A DNA stretch of 64,000 bases from Aulosira sp. ZfuVER01 (GCA_034530615.2 JAVRCV020000022.1:32001-96000); one strand, 5' to 3'. Numbered from the stretch's first letter, positions 34,343 to 45,026 are shown. A program made the numbers and translations. Notes: generated by a model from the letters alone, not told the origin.

Positions 34343-34882
34343 ATGCCAGATCAAACATTTAGAAAAAACATTCCAGAAGTTGACCCAACAGAGATTGAAG
34401 ATTCTCGAACTGCGATCGCTGACGCAAATCGCTCGTTTTTAGAAAAAGTCATGGTTCAAGCCGGATTTGCGGATCTATATGACGCAAGAGACTTTAGCGA
34501 AGTTGTATTTCGCGTCATGCGCGACTTAATGACAACAGAAGCAAGCGATCGCGTCGAGGCAGAACTGCATCATGAGGCTGTATCTACAGATGAAAAAGCA
34601 CTCCAGATGGATGTGGCTGAACTTTGGAAAGACACAAATCCAATTGTGAGATTTTTAAGTCGAGTACGTAAACCGTTAAGAGGCCCAGCCCCCGTTGGAA
34701 TTGATTCCAATTTATTTCTCACCAGAGTTGCCAATGAAGGCGGACTCCCAGGAACAGTTGACCGAGATCGGGCAATTAAAGCAGTGTTTTCTGCCACCAA
34801 AGAAGAACTTTCCCAAGAGCGAAGTCAGGAAGTTGCTAGCTGGCTCCCCGATGCTATCCGTCAGCTTTGGGAACAAGCTTAA
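34343..34882 (+). CDS. DUF2267-like protein
   Basis: FLTRVANEGG, IKAVFSATK, LPDAIRQLW. Confidence 0.65.
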   Translation: MPDQTFRKNIPEVDPTEIEDSRTAIADANRSFLEKVMVQAGFADLYDARDFSEVVFRVMRDLMTTEASDRVEAELHHEAVSTDEKALQMDVAELWKDTNPIVRFLSRVRKPLRGPAPVGIDSNLFLTRVANEGGLPGTVDRDRAIKAVFSATKEELSQERSQEVASWLPDAIRQLWEQA

Positions 34883-34902
34883 TTAAAAGCATCAAAAATT
34901 CC

Positions 34903-34941
34903 AGCCTGTTTGCGAGCGATCGTTACAAACAGGCTTTTTTT
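34903..34941 (+). terminator. Rho-independent terminator
   Basis: AGCCTGTTTG/CAAACAGGCT stem plus T run. Confidence 0.7.
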
Positions 34942-35204
34942 GTAACTCTCAAGTTATCTGTTAGTTGGTTTGTAAGATTACGGTAGCAGTGGTGAGGCTA
35001 AACTTGCATTTCATAGTGCGTTATGCCTTGGGCGATCGCTCTCTGTAAAATGAACAATAAATTCTATTAGCAGTTACGATTTATGAAGAAAAACAACTAA
35101 AAATGCTGTGGTTTCAATAACAAAAAATTTTAACTGGTTAATAGATTGCCAAGTTGGGAACTCTAAAAAGATTAATACTTAAAACTAATTTTGAGATTTT
35201 ATAG

Positions 35205-37025
35205 ATGTTGCCAACACAAGCTTTGCCAAAAGTCCGTATTCGATTTAATCGCAACCTCGTAATTGGGTTTTTCATTCTGCTACCCGTTCATTTTGCCCTA
35301 GCCAAGTTAGCAACAGCAATTACATTTTCAGATGGTTCAGCTGCAATTTGGCCTTCATCTGGCGTGTTTTTGGCAACAATACTGTTATTTGGACGGCGTT
35401 TTTGGATTGTCTTGCTACTTTGCGACTTTATTGTTAACCGAGTGCTATTTTTCAATACACCTGCTTCTTTTGTGGTTGCGTCCCTCAACACGATTGATCC
35501 AGTAATTATTACCACATTAGTGGCTCGCTTCATCCAACAACCCTACCCATTTAATAAAGCACAAGATGCTATTAAATTTATTGCTTTCCTGCTTCCCTTT
35601 ACACCCTTCACAGCTTTAATCGGAGCTACAACGCAGTGTATTGTCGGCATTTCAAACTGGGACAACATTCGGATGGTTTGGCTGGGGTGGTTTATTAGCA
35701 CTGATGTGAGTATGTTAATTATTGCTCCTGCATTAGTAACATTGTTTCATCGCCTCCGCACTCGTCAGCGATCGCATCGAAAGTTGCTTGGAGAATTTTT
35801 TCTCGTCTTAGCACTGTTAATAGGAATTGGATGTGCAGCTTTTTGGAGCAACAACCCAGTAGAGTATATGATGGTGTTGCCATTGCTGTGGGCTGCCTTT
35901 CGGTTAGAACAGTGGCAGACCACACTTTTAATTATCTTCATGGCAATCATTGCGATTGTGGGTACATCTAAAGGATTGGGGTCATTTGCCAAAGACACTG
36001 TTGGCACTTCCATGCTGCTCCTGCAATCTTTTATGAGTGCGTTGACCATTGTCACATTAATTTTGTCGGCAGCAATGCAAGAAAATCGCACCTCTGCAAC
36101 GCAACTAGAGCAAGCCAAAAACGAGCTAGAACATCGTGTTGAAGAGCGAACTTCTGAACTGATGCAAACTCTACAAGAGCTTCAGACTACTCAGGCGCAA
36201 CTTGTTCAGAAAGAAAAAATGTCAAGTTTGGGGCAATTAGTAGCAGGTGTAGCGCACGAAATTAATAATCCAGTCAACTTTATTCACGGCAACCTTGCCC
36301 ACGTACAGGAGTATACTCAAAATTTATTAGCGTATGTAGAGTTACATGAGCAATATAATTCCGATCCTGCTCCGGAAATTCTCACCGCTGCCGAGGAGCT
36401 AGATTTAGAGTTTTTGCAAGAAGACTTACCGAAAATGTTGTCTTCCATGAAACTAGGTACTGAGCGCATTCGTCAAATTGTTTTGTCGCTACGAAACTTC
36501 TCTCGCATAGACGAAGCTGAATTTAAAGGCGTTGATATTCACGCAGGTATTGACAGCACCCTAATGATTTTGCAACATCGCCTCAAAGCAACATCAGAAC
36601 GCTCAGAAATAGAAGTGATTAAAGATTACGGTAATTTGCCCTTAGTAGAATGTTATGCGGGGCAACTCAACCAAGTATTTATGAATATTCTAGTAAACGC
36701 AATTGATGCCTTAGAAGAACACAAAATTCAAAATGAGCCGCATCAAATTACGATTCGCACAGATGTTGTGAATGCAACTTGGTTAGAAATTGCGATCGCA
36801 GATAACGGTGTTGGTATTCCCTGCACCATTCAGCAACGCATATTCGATCCCTTCTTCACCACCAAACCCATTGGCAAAGGCACCGGGATGGGAATGTCCA
36901 TCAGCTATAAAATTGTTACGGAAAACCATAACGGTAAACTAGCGTTTCGCTCAACTCCTAACGAAGGAACTGAGTTCATCATTCAAATTCCGCTTCAGCA
37001 ACGAGTTCATAGCGCGGTTAATTGA
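35205..37025 (+). CDS. MASE1-domain sensor histidine kinase
   Basis: IWPSSG membrane domain; AHEINNP H-box, N, DNGVG, FFTTK, GTGMG boxes. Confidence 0.92.
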   Translation: MLPTQALPKVRIRFNRNLVIGFFILLPVHFALAKLATAITFSDGSAAIWPSSGVFLATILLFGRRFWIVLLLCDFIVNRVLFFNTPASFVVASLNTIDPVIITTLVARFIQQPYPFNKAQDAIKFIAFLLPFTPFTALIGATTQCIVGISNWDNIRMVWLGWFISTDVSMLIIAPALVTLFHRLRTRQRSHRKLLGEFFLVLALLIGIGCAAFWSNNPVEYMMVLPLLWAAFRLEQWQTTLLIIFMAIIAIVGTSKGLGSFAKDTVGTSMLLLQSFMSALTIVTLILSAAMQENRTSATQLEQAKNELEHRVEERTSELMQTLQELQTTQAQLVQKEKMSSLGQLVAGVAHEINNPVNFIHGNLAHVQEYTQNLLAYVELHEQYNSDPAPEILTAAEELDLEFLQEDLPKMLSSMKLGTERIRQIVLSLRNFSRIDEAEFKGVDIHAGIDSTLMILQHRLKATSERSEIEVIKDYGNLPLVECYAGQLNQVFMNILVNAIDALEEHKIQNEPHQITIRTDVVNATWLEIAIADNGVGIPCTIQQRIFDPFFTTKPIGKGTGMGMSISYKIVTENHNGKLAFRSTPNEGTEFIIQIPLQQRVHSAVN

Positions 37026-37148
37026 TGAGTATGGTCGGTGGGTGTGTTGTCACGCTGTGCAATGCGCCTTGTGTGAGGAATGCGATCGCCTTTAGCGGCG
37101 TAAACTAAAAATGGGAATCCTATTCTTGGAAGAATACAGTGAAATAAT

Positions 37149-37790
37149 ATGGCATCCAAGAAGTATTACGCAGTCTTGCATGGTAGGGAAACAGGCATAT
37201 TTACCAGTTGGGCAGAATGCGAAAAGCAAATAAAAGGTTTTAGTGGAGCAGTATATAAGTCTTTTAAAACCAGACGTGAGGCAGAAGAAGCATTAGGAAT
37301 GATTGAGCAACTATCAATTCTGCCAATTAACGAGGATGGAATCAAATGGCAGGACACAAGAGAGAAAATTATCCCTGCCACTGAGTTAATTCTGGATAGT
37401 GTTTGTGTTGATGCTTCATGTATTGGCAATCCTGGTGATGTTGAATATAGAGGTATGTATACAGCAACACGAGAGGTGATTTTTCACAAGCGTCCCATGC
37501 AAAATGGTACAAATAATTTGGGAGAATTTTTAGCGATCGTTCACGCCTTAGCTCATCTGAAAAAGCAAGGAAGCGATTTACCTATTTATTCAGATTCAGA
37601 GACAGCTATTATTTGGGTAAGAAATAAGAAAGTGCGAACAAAATTGATACAAGATACAACCAATCAAGAAATATTTAATTTAGTAGAAAGAGCATTAAAT
37701 TGGCTAAATAATAATGAGTACGTAAATTCTATTTTGAAATGGAATACATCTGAGTGGGGTGAGATTCCTGCCGATTTTGGACGCAAGTAA
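37149..37790 (+). CDS. rnhA: Ribonuclease HI with N-terminal hybrid-binding domain
   Basis: KYYAV..GRETGIFTSW, VDAS, TNNLGEF, IYSDS, WGEIPADFGRK. Confidence 0.88.
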   Translation: MASKKYYAVLHGRETGIFTSWAECEKQIKGFSGAVYKSFKTRREAEEALGMIEQLSILPINEDGIKWQDTREKIIPATELILDSVCVDASCIGNPGDVEYRGMYTATREVIFHKRPMQNGTNNLGEFLAIVHALAHLKKQGSDLPIYSDSETAIIWVRNKKVRTKLIQDTTNQEIFNLVERALNWLNNNEYVNSILKWNTSEWGEIPADFGRK

Positions 37791-37812
37791 ATTGTAGCAG
37801 TTGAAAGTAATG

Positions 37813-37980
37813 CCTCTTTTGTCACTACGGGGAGAGAATAATAGTCTACCCAATCTGAACCTTAGACAAAATCATCAATTGAGCGATCGCATGATCATTT
37901 TCTCATTTAACTTAGCTTGTTGATAAATAACCCAATAATAAGACTTAGGGATTATTCTCTGCTGAAAGTAACAAAAGAGG
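37813..37980. repeat. 168-bp MITE-like element with ~30-bp terminal inverted repeats, copy A
   Basis: CCTCTTTTGTCACT...GAGAATAAT / ATTATTCTC...AGTAACAAAAGAGG; homolog at 41240. Confidence 0.6.
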
Positions 37981-38085
37981 GATAAGGCGATCGCATTATC
38001 AACAATATACTATAACTGGGGCAAATCACCTTTGCATTATCACTGTATTTGTTACATCTGCTACAAAGCCGTTGTTAGGCTGAAT

Positions 38086-40281
38086 TTAACTTTCTAGCTT
38101 TTTCAAGAAGTCTGCAAGCAAAGTCTTGTTTTGAAAAGTTGCTCGAATTGTATCGTTATTACTGTAATCAATGATGACTTCAAACCGCTCAAACGTACCG
38201 CTTGGATTATCGATGTCAAGTGTATTTAGCTCTGTAAGTGCATCATCAAGGCTCTGAAACTCGTATTTTGCACCAAAAAGCGGAATCAGAGTTATGTTGG
38301 CAATATAACGCTCAAGACAATTTCTCAGCGTATCTATAAATTGATCGACTTCTTGTTTTGAAACATGCATCAAAGCTTGTCGAAGTTTCTCTTTATCTAA
38401 ACTAGTGAGACTAGCTAAACTTTTTGAAGCTTTGGTATAAATTTCGTCTGGAGTTTCTTCGTTAAACGCAACATCAAAATCAATCTCCTTAAATGCTGCT
38501 ACCACATCTTTATAAGGAATATAAATAATTGCAAATCCATTATTTCTTAGTTGGTCTAAAGCTGGTTTCGTGAAATCTCCAGCTAACACTGCGCCATAAA
38601 ATGGTGCTGATAAATGATGAAGTTCAATAATAGGTAGTATGGCACCTTGAATTTCTTGAGCTTTATTTTTTGAGTGTTTTGTATATCTACGCCATGCGGA
38701 CTCGATAAATGCAACAGGTCTACCAAGCCGATCGTCTGTACCATCAATCTCAATTACAAAGTCTAAATCATGCTTGTTTCCGTATTTATCTTCCCAAGTA
38801 ACTTTTTTACCACTTCTAGCAGGACGAGATCGCTGCCAATCGAGGTAGTAGTTTTTAGTTTGTGCAAACTGTTGCAGTCGAGGTTTAAGGATATCGTCAA
38901 GCACAATATCTTCAAGCAGTTTACCTAAATCTTGCCCAAACTTGTGTGATGGAGATTGTGCCATAAATTTACCTTCTATCCAAAGTCTTCCTTCATGTAG
39001 TGGAACATTATGTTTTCGATTTTTCCACTTAATATTACGCTGTCTAATCTCCTCAAAAGTCCAGAAATCAAACCCTGCTGCAATAGCCAGTTTACCAAGA
39101 AATTTCTCAACTGGAACATATACTCCATAAGGAGCCGAATCTCCTACTACAAAGCAAACTTTGCAATCAGAGGTTGCAACTCTTTGCAGGGAATGAAATA
39201 CAAATCCCATATCAACAAAATATGCGGCAATCATTGTATGATATGCTTTATTACCACTTTTAGTTCCGCGAATATTTTCTAGTTCTTGACATATAGGTAG
39301 CAACTCATCTCGAATTGGATTAGTAATCGATTCAGCTATCAAATTATCTAAGCTAAGTCGCTCTTTTGAAACATGTTGTGAACTTGAACGGATTAGAAAT
39401 TTACGAACTGTATCGTGTAAATCACCCCAAGAATTAACCTCACCCCAAAAGGTCATTTCCAGACGTGTAGCATCTGCATAATCATAGTTATTTGCGTAAG
39501 GGGGAGAAGTGATTATTAAATCTATTAAATTATCTGGAATACTTTTTAAACTTCTGGCATCATCTTGAATGAGATTAGCTTGACTTGATTGGGTAATAGA
39601 TTGCATTTGATACATATCTTTTTGCATCAAATCAACCTGCCTTTCTAGTGCCTCAAATGGGTCATAAACTTTAGCTTTGCGCTTATTAGGGAGAATATAC
39701 TGCCACTGTGCTGTACCTACGTGACTTGATGACCTGAGGATGGAAGAAATCGCCAAAAAAATTAGAGATTGTAATTCTTCAGATAAAGATGGAGCTATTT
39801 CAAGATAAGCTTGTCTAATTTTGAATAGGTCTATTAATGAATCATTTGTGTAGCATTTGCTTAATAATACGGGAATTTTTTCTGGAAGCTTTGGCTGAAG
39901 ATTTGTAGCAAAACGCTTAATTGTGCTAATTGCTGCCAAAAACCCATCAATATCAACTACCCATGCAAGCTTTCCCTTCGCAAGCCTGTAAACAAAAGGA
40001 TGCGCTTCAATTCCATAAGAATTTACACCAAGTTTATCAGCAGCAATACAGACAGTACCAGAGCCGACAAATGGATCGAGAATATTTTGAGGTGCCAATT
40101 GTGTAATTATGCTTTCAACCCAATCTGCTGAAAATCCCGCCGAATAGCGAAACCACCTATGGATAGGCAATTTCATGTTGTCGGTGAAAGTACCTGTCCT
40201 CTGATTAATCACTCGTGCTTGAGCATTGTCATGCGATTCAGGTATCAAATTGAAAAGCTGAAGCTGAGAAGGCTTAGTCAT
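38086..40281 (-). CDS. Amino-DNA methyltransferase fused to a putative restriction endonuclease
   Basis: DPFVGSGT and TSPPY motifs; second domain from M440 (MAQSPSHKFG...DLDFVIE...FIESAW). Confidence 0.75.
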   Translation of the reverse strand: MTKPSQLQLFNLIPESHDNAQARVINQRTGTFTDNMKLPIHRWFRYSAGFSADWVESIITQLAPQNILDPFVGSGTVCIAADKLGVNSYGIEAHPFVYRLAKGKLAWVVDIDGFLAAISTIKRFATNLQPKLPEKIPVLLSKCYTNDSLIDLFKIRQAYLEIAPSLSEELQSLIFLAISSILRSSSHVGTAQWQYILPNKRKAKVYDPFEALERQVDLMQKDMYQMQSITQSSQANLIQDDARSLKSIPDNLIDLIITSPPYANNYDYADATRLEMTFWGEVNSWGDLHDTVRKFLIRSSSQHVSKERLSLDNLIAESITNPIRDELLPICQELENIRGTKSGNKAYHTMIAAYFVDMGFVFHSLQRVATSDCKVCFVVGDSAPYGVYVPVEKFLGKLAIAAGFDFWTFEEIRQRNIKWKNRKHNVPLHEGRLWIEGKFMAQSPSHKFGQDLGKLLEDIVLDDILKPRLQQFAQTKNYYLDWQRSRPARSGKKVTWEDKYGNKHDLDFVIEIDGTDDRLGRPVAFIESAWRRYTKHSKNKAQEIQGAILPIIELHHLSAPFYGAVLAGDFTKPALDQLRNNGFAIIYIPYKDVVAAFKEIDFDVAFNEETPDEIYTKASKSLASLTSLDKEKLRQALMHVSKQEVDQFIDTLRNCLERYIANITLIPLFGAKYEFQSLDDALTELNTLDIDNPSGTFERFEVIIDYSNNDTIRATFQNKTLLADFLKKLES

Positions 40282-40515
40282 TGAGCTTCATGAGTCCAAT
40301 ACTCTCATAGAGAACTATGACATCTTACCCTAATAGCTTGTTTACCAACCTTCATCGTCATCAAAAATGTTCATCAAGTTGGAGATCGCCCCAAATCTCT
40401 AATTTAATGTAGTGGCGTGGCAAGCCTAAAATGTTGCAATAAAAAAGGTTCGTAGTTGCGCTTTAGCGCCCTATCAATTAGAAATTTAATGCACAACTTT
40501 AGCCTTGCCATCCCA

Positions 40516-40548
40516 GTAGGGTGTGTTGTCGCGCAGCGCAACGCACCA
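40516..40548 (+). repeat. REP sequence left of RAYT
   Basis: GTAG foot plus palindrome GTAGGGTGTGTTGTCGCGCAGCGCAACGCACC. Confidence 0.8.
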
Positions 40549-40594
40549 CATCAATTATGGGCATCCTAAAAATAAACTTCATCTCCTCACACCC

Positions 40595-41146
40595 ATGCCC
40601 AACTACCGCAGATATCATCATTCTGGTGGCACCTACTTCATCACTCAAGTTACCTACCAACGCCAACCCTGGCTTTGCTCAGATACAGGACGCACTGCTC
40701 TCCGCACCGCCTTTCAGCACGTCCGGCAGAATTACCCTTTCTCCATTGATGCCTTTGTTCTCTTACCCGATCACTTTCATACTTTATGGACTCTACCTGC
40801 GGGAGATAGCAATCTATCTATGCGAATGCTTTTAATTAAACGCTTTGTAACCAAATACTACGGGCATCAGCTAGGGCTTCAAGTCGGTATCTCCCGTTCA
40901 CGAGAAAAGCGAAAAGAACAAAACCTATGGCAACGCCGCTTCTGGGAACATCTGATTCGAGATGATGTTGACTTTGCTAATCATTGCGATTATATTCATT
41001 ACAATCCTGTGAAGCATCAGCTTTGTGTATCACCGCAACAATGGGCTTTTTCAAGTATTCATCGTTTTATTGAGCAGCAGATTTATCCCTTAGATTGGGG
41101 TAGCGGTAATGAGATTCAGCTTGTATCGGGTATTTGGGATGTTTGA
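40595..41146 (+). mobile_element. REP-associated tyrosine transposase (RAYT/TnpA-REP)
   Basis: MPNYRR, GGTYFIT, LPDHFH (HUH), WQRRFWEH, YIHYNPVKH; inverted REPs on both sides. Confidence 0.9.
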
Positions 41147-41151
41147 GATGA

Positions 41152-41184
41152 TGGTGCGTTGCGCTACGCGACAACACACCCTAC
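41152..41184 (-). repeat. REP sequence right of RAYT (further copies at 41780-41811 and degenerate ~37037)
   Basis: Inverted copy ending CCCTAC. Confidence 0.8.
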
Positions 41185-41239
41185 GTAAGAGATGCGATCG
41201 CACTATAGTTTTACAACGTAGATAACACACAGAGTAATC

Positions 41240-41407
41240 CCTCTTTTGTTACTACGAGGAGAGAAAAATACTGTCCCACTTCTGAACGCTAAACAAAATA
41301 ATGAATTGTGCGATCGCCAGCCCACTTTATCATTTAAATACCTTTGTTGAGAAGAGACGTAAAAATAGGAGTCTCAGATTATTCTCTGCCGAAGGTAACA
41401 AAAGAGG
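41240..41407. repeat. 168-bp MITE-like element, copy B
   Basis: Same length, TIRs and central HIP1 as copy A. Confidence 0.6.
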
Positions 41408-41752
41408 GGTAATAGCATGATGCCCTACATTCATAGCACGCGGCATCTCATCAGTAGAAGACGACCAGGAACTATAATATTCAGGCTTTGGTACTAAATG
41501 CCGATGATGGTGAATGACTCTAAAGTAATCTGGTGCGCGTTCTTGATCTTTTTCTCGACCTTCAGGAAATGGAACTTTATTTTCTAATTCGTAATCACTC
41601 CAATTAATTTGTAAGGTTGTTTCGATGGCAGGAACTTCACCGTAAAATCGTCCCCAACCTCCATAGCCAGATGGTGGATGATTATGTTGTTTTACATACT
41701 CCATGAATTGTTTTTCATCATCTACTAGCGCAATCTGGCATAACACAGACAT
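41330..41752 (-). CDS. Hypothetical protein (3' end runs into MITE-like repeat)
   Basis: 140-aa ORF. Confidence 0.45.
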   Translation of the reverse strand: MSVLCQIALVDDEKQFMEYVKQHNHPPSGYGGWGRFYGEVPAIETTLQINWSDYELENKVPFPEGREKDQERAPDYFRVIHHHRHLVPKPEYYSSWSSSTDEMPRAMNVGHHAITPLLLPSAENNLRLLFLRLFSTKVFK

Positions 41753-41832
41753 AATTTCACCTATTTACTGGAGTTTAATGTAGGGTGTGTTGTCGCGTAG
41801 CGCAACGCACCGCCTCAATTTTATCAACACAT

Positions 41833-43251
41833 TTAACTCCGTTTATAAACTAACTCCATTTTCAACTTCTCAATCTCCAACTTTAATTTTTCATTCTCCA
41901 TCCTCAACTTCGCATTTTCTTCCCTAATCAACTCAATTTCATCCCTTTTACTCAAAGCCTGATTAATCGCCAACTTCCGCATATCTAGCGAAAACCAACG
42001 CTGATAAGTTTGCGTATGCACTTGCACGCTATGCCCTAAATTATCCGCTGCTGCTTTAATTGGTATACCTAAAATATGCGCTCGAATTGCCCAAGCATGA
42101 CGTAAATCATAAGGCTTAAAATCTAAGCCAATTTTCCGGAACCACCAACTGACTCGTTGTGTTAAGGCTGTTATTTCTGCATGATTATTCTTATCTTTTT
42201 TACTAATTGCCGTTGACAACATTTCTAAATATTTCGGTTTTCTTAAATCAAACTCATCAATCCATTCTTTATGTAATGGTAATGCTTGCCTTTCCCCTGT
42301 TTTACAATCTTTATGGACTTTCCATATCAAATCTACATTCTCTTGGCTTAACCACCAATCAATATCAGGATTAATAAATAATTCTCGTGGACGTAAACCA
42401 AAAACTGCTAACATCCCATAAGTCCAACGCCAAAGCTGCCAGCTATCTTTAACTTCTTGGTTGACTTGATTACCTCTGGTATTCAGATAATCTTCAAATT
42501 TGGCAATCCCGGTGGCTATTTCGGTATCGGTTGGGATGTTCCGAGAATTGCGATCGGGCATTTTGGAATATTTAGATAAATCAATTTCGATTTTGAATGC
42601 TTGGCAAAATGCAGATATTGCTCTGGCTGCATTATATTTAGCCCATTCTTTATCGATGATTTCAATTGAAGTTATCAGATTTTCAGCCGTGGCGATATCT
42701 TGAGGATTCGTGAAGCGCTGGGTTCGGGAAAAGTAATAAAAAAAAGTATGTTCGCTTTTTGTAGTGCGTTTATGAGTTTTAAAATACTCGTCTTCAAATC
42801 TTCCGAGTAATTCCCCGATTGTTTTAAACTCTTTTTTAATTGCCTCGTTTCCTAAATATTTATCATTCCATTCAAAAGTATGCCGTGCAATTAACTTACC
42901 TAATTCATAAGCTTCTTCTTCCGCCGTTTTCAGCCCATCTAAGTTGGCGGGAATATTCAAGCTGATATTATATTGTTTTCTGCCAGTGCCGTTTTTGTCT
43001 GTGTCTCCTGGTTTAATTGGTAACGTCGCCCGTAATTGCAGACTTCCATTGGATTCCCTAACTGTGACTTTTGTCTTTGCAGACTTCAAACGCAGATTAA
43101 CTTTCTCTAACTCTTGCAGTACTTTTGTTCTCATGTGTTCTCTTTGCTGCTGTGCTTGCAGACTTGAGCCAAGAAAACTGCCATCGGTAGAGGAAACAGG
43201 CTCCAAGTCAGCAAAAGCTTGTTGATATTTGTCTTGACCCTGGTTATGCAT
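41833..43251 (-). CDS. xisA: nifD element excisase, tyrosine recombinase
   Basis: GLRPRE, KTGER, YDLRHAWAIR, LGHS...Y; 472 aa; C-terminal leucine zipper. Confidence 0.97.
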   Translation of the reverse strand: MHNQGQDKYQQAFADLEPVSSTDGSFLGSSLQAQQQREHMRTKVLQELEKVNLRLKSAKTKVTVRESNGSLQLRATLPIKPGDTDKNGTGRKQYNISLNIPANLDGLKTAEEEAYELGKLIARHTFEWNDKYLGNEAIKKEFKTIGELLGRFEDEYFKTHKRTTKSEHTFFYYFSRTQRFTNPQDIATAENLITSIEIIDKEWAKYNAARAISAFCQAFKIEIDLSKYSKMPDRNSRNIPTDTEIATGIAKFEDYLNTRGNQVNQEVKDSWQLWRWTYGMLAVFGLRPRELFINPDIDWWLSQENVDLIWKVHKDCKTGERQALPLHKEWIDEFDLRKPKYLEMLSTAISKKDKNNHAEITALTQRVSWWFRKIGLDFKPYDLRHAWAIRAHILGIPIKAAADNLGHSVQVHTQTYQRWFSLDMRKLAINQALSKRDEIELIREENAKLRMENEKLKLEIEKLKMELVYKRS

Positions 43252-43290
43252 CGCGGTATTTTTAGCCTATATTTAGCCTAAAAATAAATG

Positions 43291-43337
43291 TGTTCTGGAC
43301 GAACAATGTTTGAAACTGACATTGATTGCGGTGAACA
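43291..43337. promoter_or_regulatory. Tandem TGT-N9-ACA sites upstream of xisA (NtcA-type)
   Basis: Perfect sites at 43291-43305 and 43307-43321, near-match at 43323-43337, 16-bp spacing. Confidence 0.6.
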
Positions 43338-43380
43338 TTAGGCTACTGAAAGTTATTGAACCACAAAAAGGATTACTCCG

Positions 43381-43514
43381 GTCCTTATCACGGTTATGAC
43401 GGATTTGCCATCTTCGCCCGCGACATGGATTTGGCACTCAACAGCCCAACCTGGGGTCTAATTGGCGCTCCTTGGAGCAAGAAAGCTGAAGCTAAAGCTA
43501 AAGCTGCCGTTTAG
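43381..43514 (+). CDS. nifD: nifD 3' fragment
   Basis: (DYS)[25 protein letters not shown]...AAV* in frame after the repeat. Confidence 0.95.
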
Positions 43515-43738
43515 GGAAATGGAACAGAGAGATTAGTAGGGGCCTGGGGCTAAAACCCCAGGGGGGATTTGGGAATTCCAAGATTCAAAATTAAAAATTC
43601 AAAGTTGTCAATTTTGGTTTTGCATTTTGAGTTTTGAATAATATTCCCACTCCCCAACCTGAATTCTCGTTTCTTGAACCCGCAAGAAATGCTCATTGTT
43701 TGACCAGTCACGAATTCAGTCAGCTTGGAGATCCAAAA

Positions 43739-45026
43739 ATGCCTCAGAATCCAGATAAAATTCAAGATCACGTAGAACTGTTCCACCAACCGGAATACCA
43801 ACAATTATTCCAAAACAAGAAAGAATTTGAAAACGGTCACGACCCTGAAGAAGTAAAACGGGTTGCAGAATGGACAAAGAGTTGGGATTATCGTGAAAAG
43901 AACTTCGCTCGTGAAGCTTTGACCGTTAACCCTGCTAAAGGTTGCCAACCTTTGGGCGCTATGTTCGCTGCTGTTGGCTTTGAAGGTACTTTACCTTTCG
44001 TTCAAGGTTCTCAAGGTTGCGTTGCTTATTTCCGTACCCACTTAACCCGTCACTACAAAGAACCATTCTCTGGCGTTTCTTCTTCCATGACTGAAGACGC
44101 AGCGGTGTTCGGTGGTCTGCAAAACATGATTGATGGCTTGGCAAACTCTTACCAACTTTACAAGCCAAAAATGATCGCAGTCTGCACCACCTGTATGGCT
44201 GAGGTTATCGGTGATGACTTGGGTGCGTTTATCACCAACTCCAAGAACGCAGGTTCAGTTCCTCAAGATTTCCCAGTACCTTTTGCTCACACTCCTAGCT
44301 TTGTTGGTTCCCACATCACTGGCTACGACAACATGATGAAGGGAATTCTGACTACCTTAACCGCAGGTAAGCAGAAATCTGCTAGCAATGGCAAAATCAA
44401 CTTCATCTCTGGTTTTGACACCTACGTTGGCAACCTCCGGGAAGTAAAACGTATCGCTTCTCTGTTCGGCATTGACTACACCATCCTCTCTGATAACAGC
44501 GATTATCTGGATGCACCTAACACAGGTGAATTTGATATGTACCCAGGTGGTACAAAGCTGGAAGATGCAGCTGATGCTATTAATGCTAAAGCTACAGTTG
44601 TTATGCAAGCTCACTCTACTCCTAAGACCCGTGAGTACATCGCCAAAGAGTGGAAGCAAGATGTTGTAGTTTCCCGTCCCTGGGGTATCAAGGCTACCGA
44701 TGAGTTCTTGATGAAACTCAGCGAACTGAGTGGTAAACCAATTCCCAAAGAATTAGAAATCGAACGCGGTCGCGCAGTTGATGCGATGACTGACTCCCAT
44801 TCATGGGTTCACGGTAAGCGCTTCGCTATCTACGGCGACCCCGATTTAGTTTACAGCGTAGTTGGCTTCATGCTGGAAATGGGTGCTGAACCTGTACATA
44901 TTGTGGTTCACAACTCCAATGAAGTGTTTGAAAAAGAACTTCAAGCATTGCTAGATTCTAGCCCCTTCGGTAAGGATGGAAAAATCTGGGCTGGTAAAGA
45001 CTTGTGGCACTTACGTTCTCTTTTGT
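43739..45026 (+). CDS. nifK: Nitrogenase MoFe beta chain, 5' part (interrupted)
   Basis: [18 protein letters not shown]; homology stops at [11 protein letters not shown], stop at 45043; usual FTEPVD...DRHH C-terminus absent. Confidence 0.93.

Larger units (their letters stand above)
24307..43380. mobile_element. nifD excision element (19,063 bp excised)
   Basis: 11-bp direct repeats GGATTACTCCG at 24307-24317 and 43370-43380; xisA at right end; excision restores a 498-aa NifD. Confidence 0.97.

Noticed and set aside
45018..45026. CTCTTTTGT at the nifK break matches the MITE-like TIR
   Set aside because: Only 9 low-complexity bases; flanks do not align
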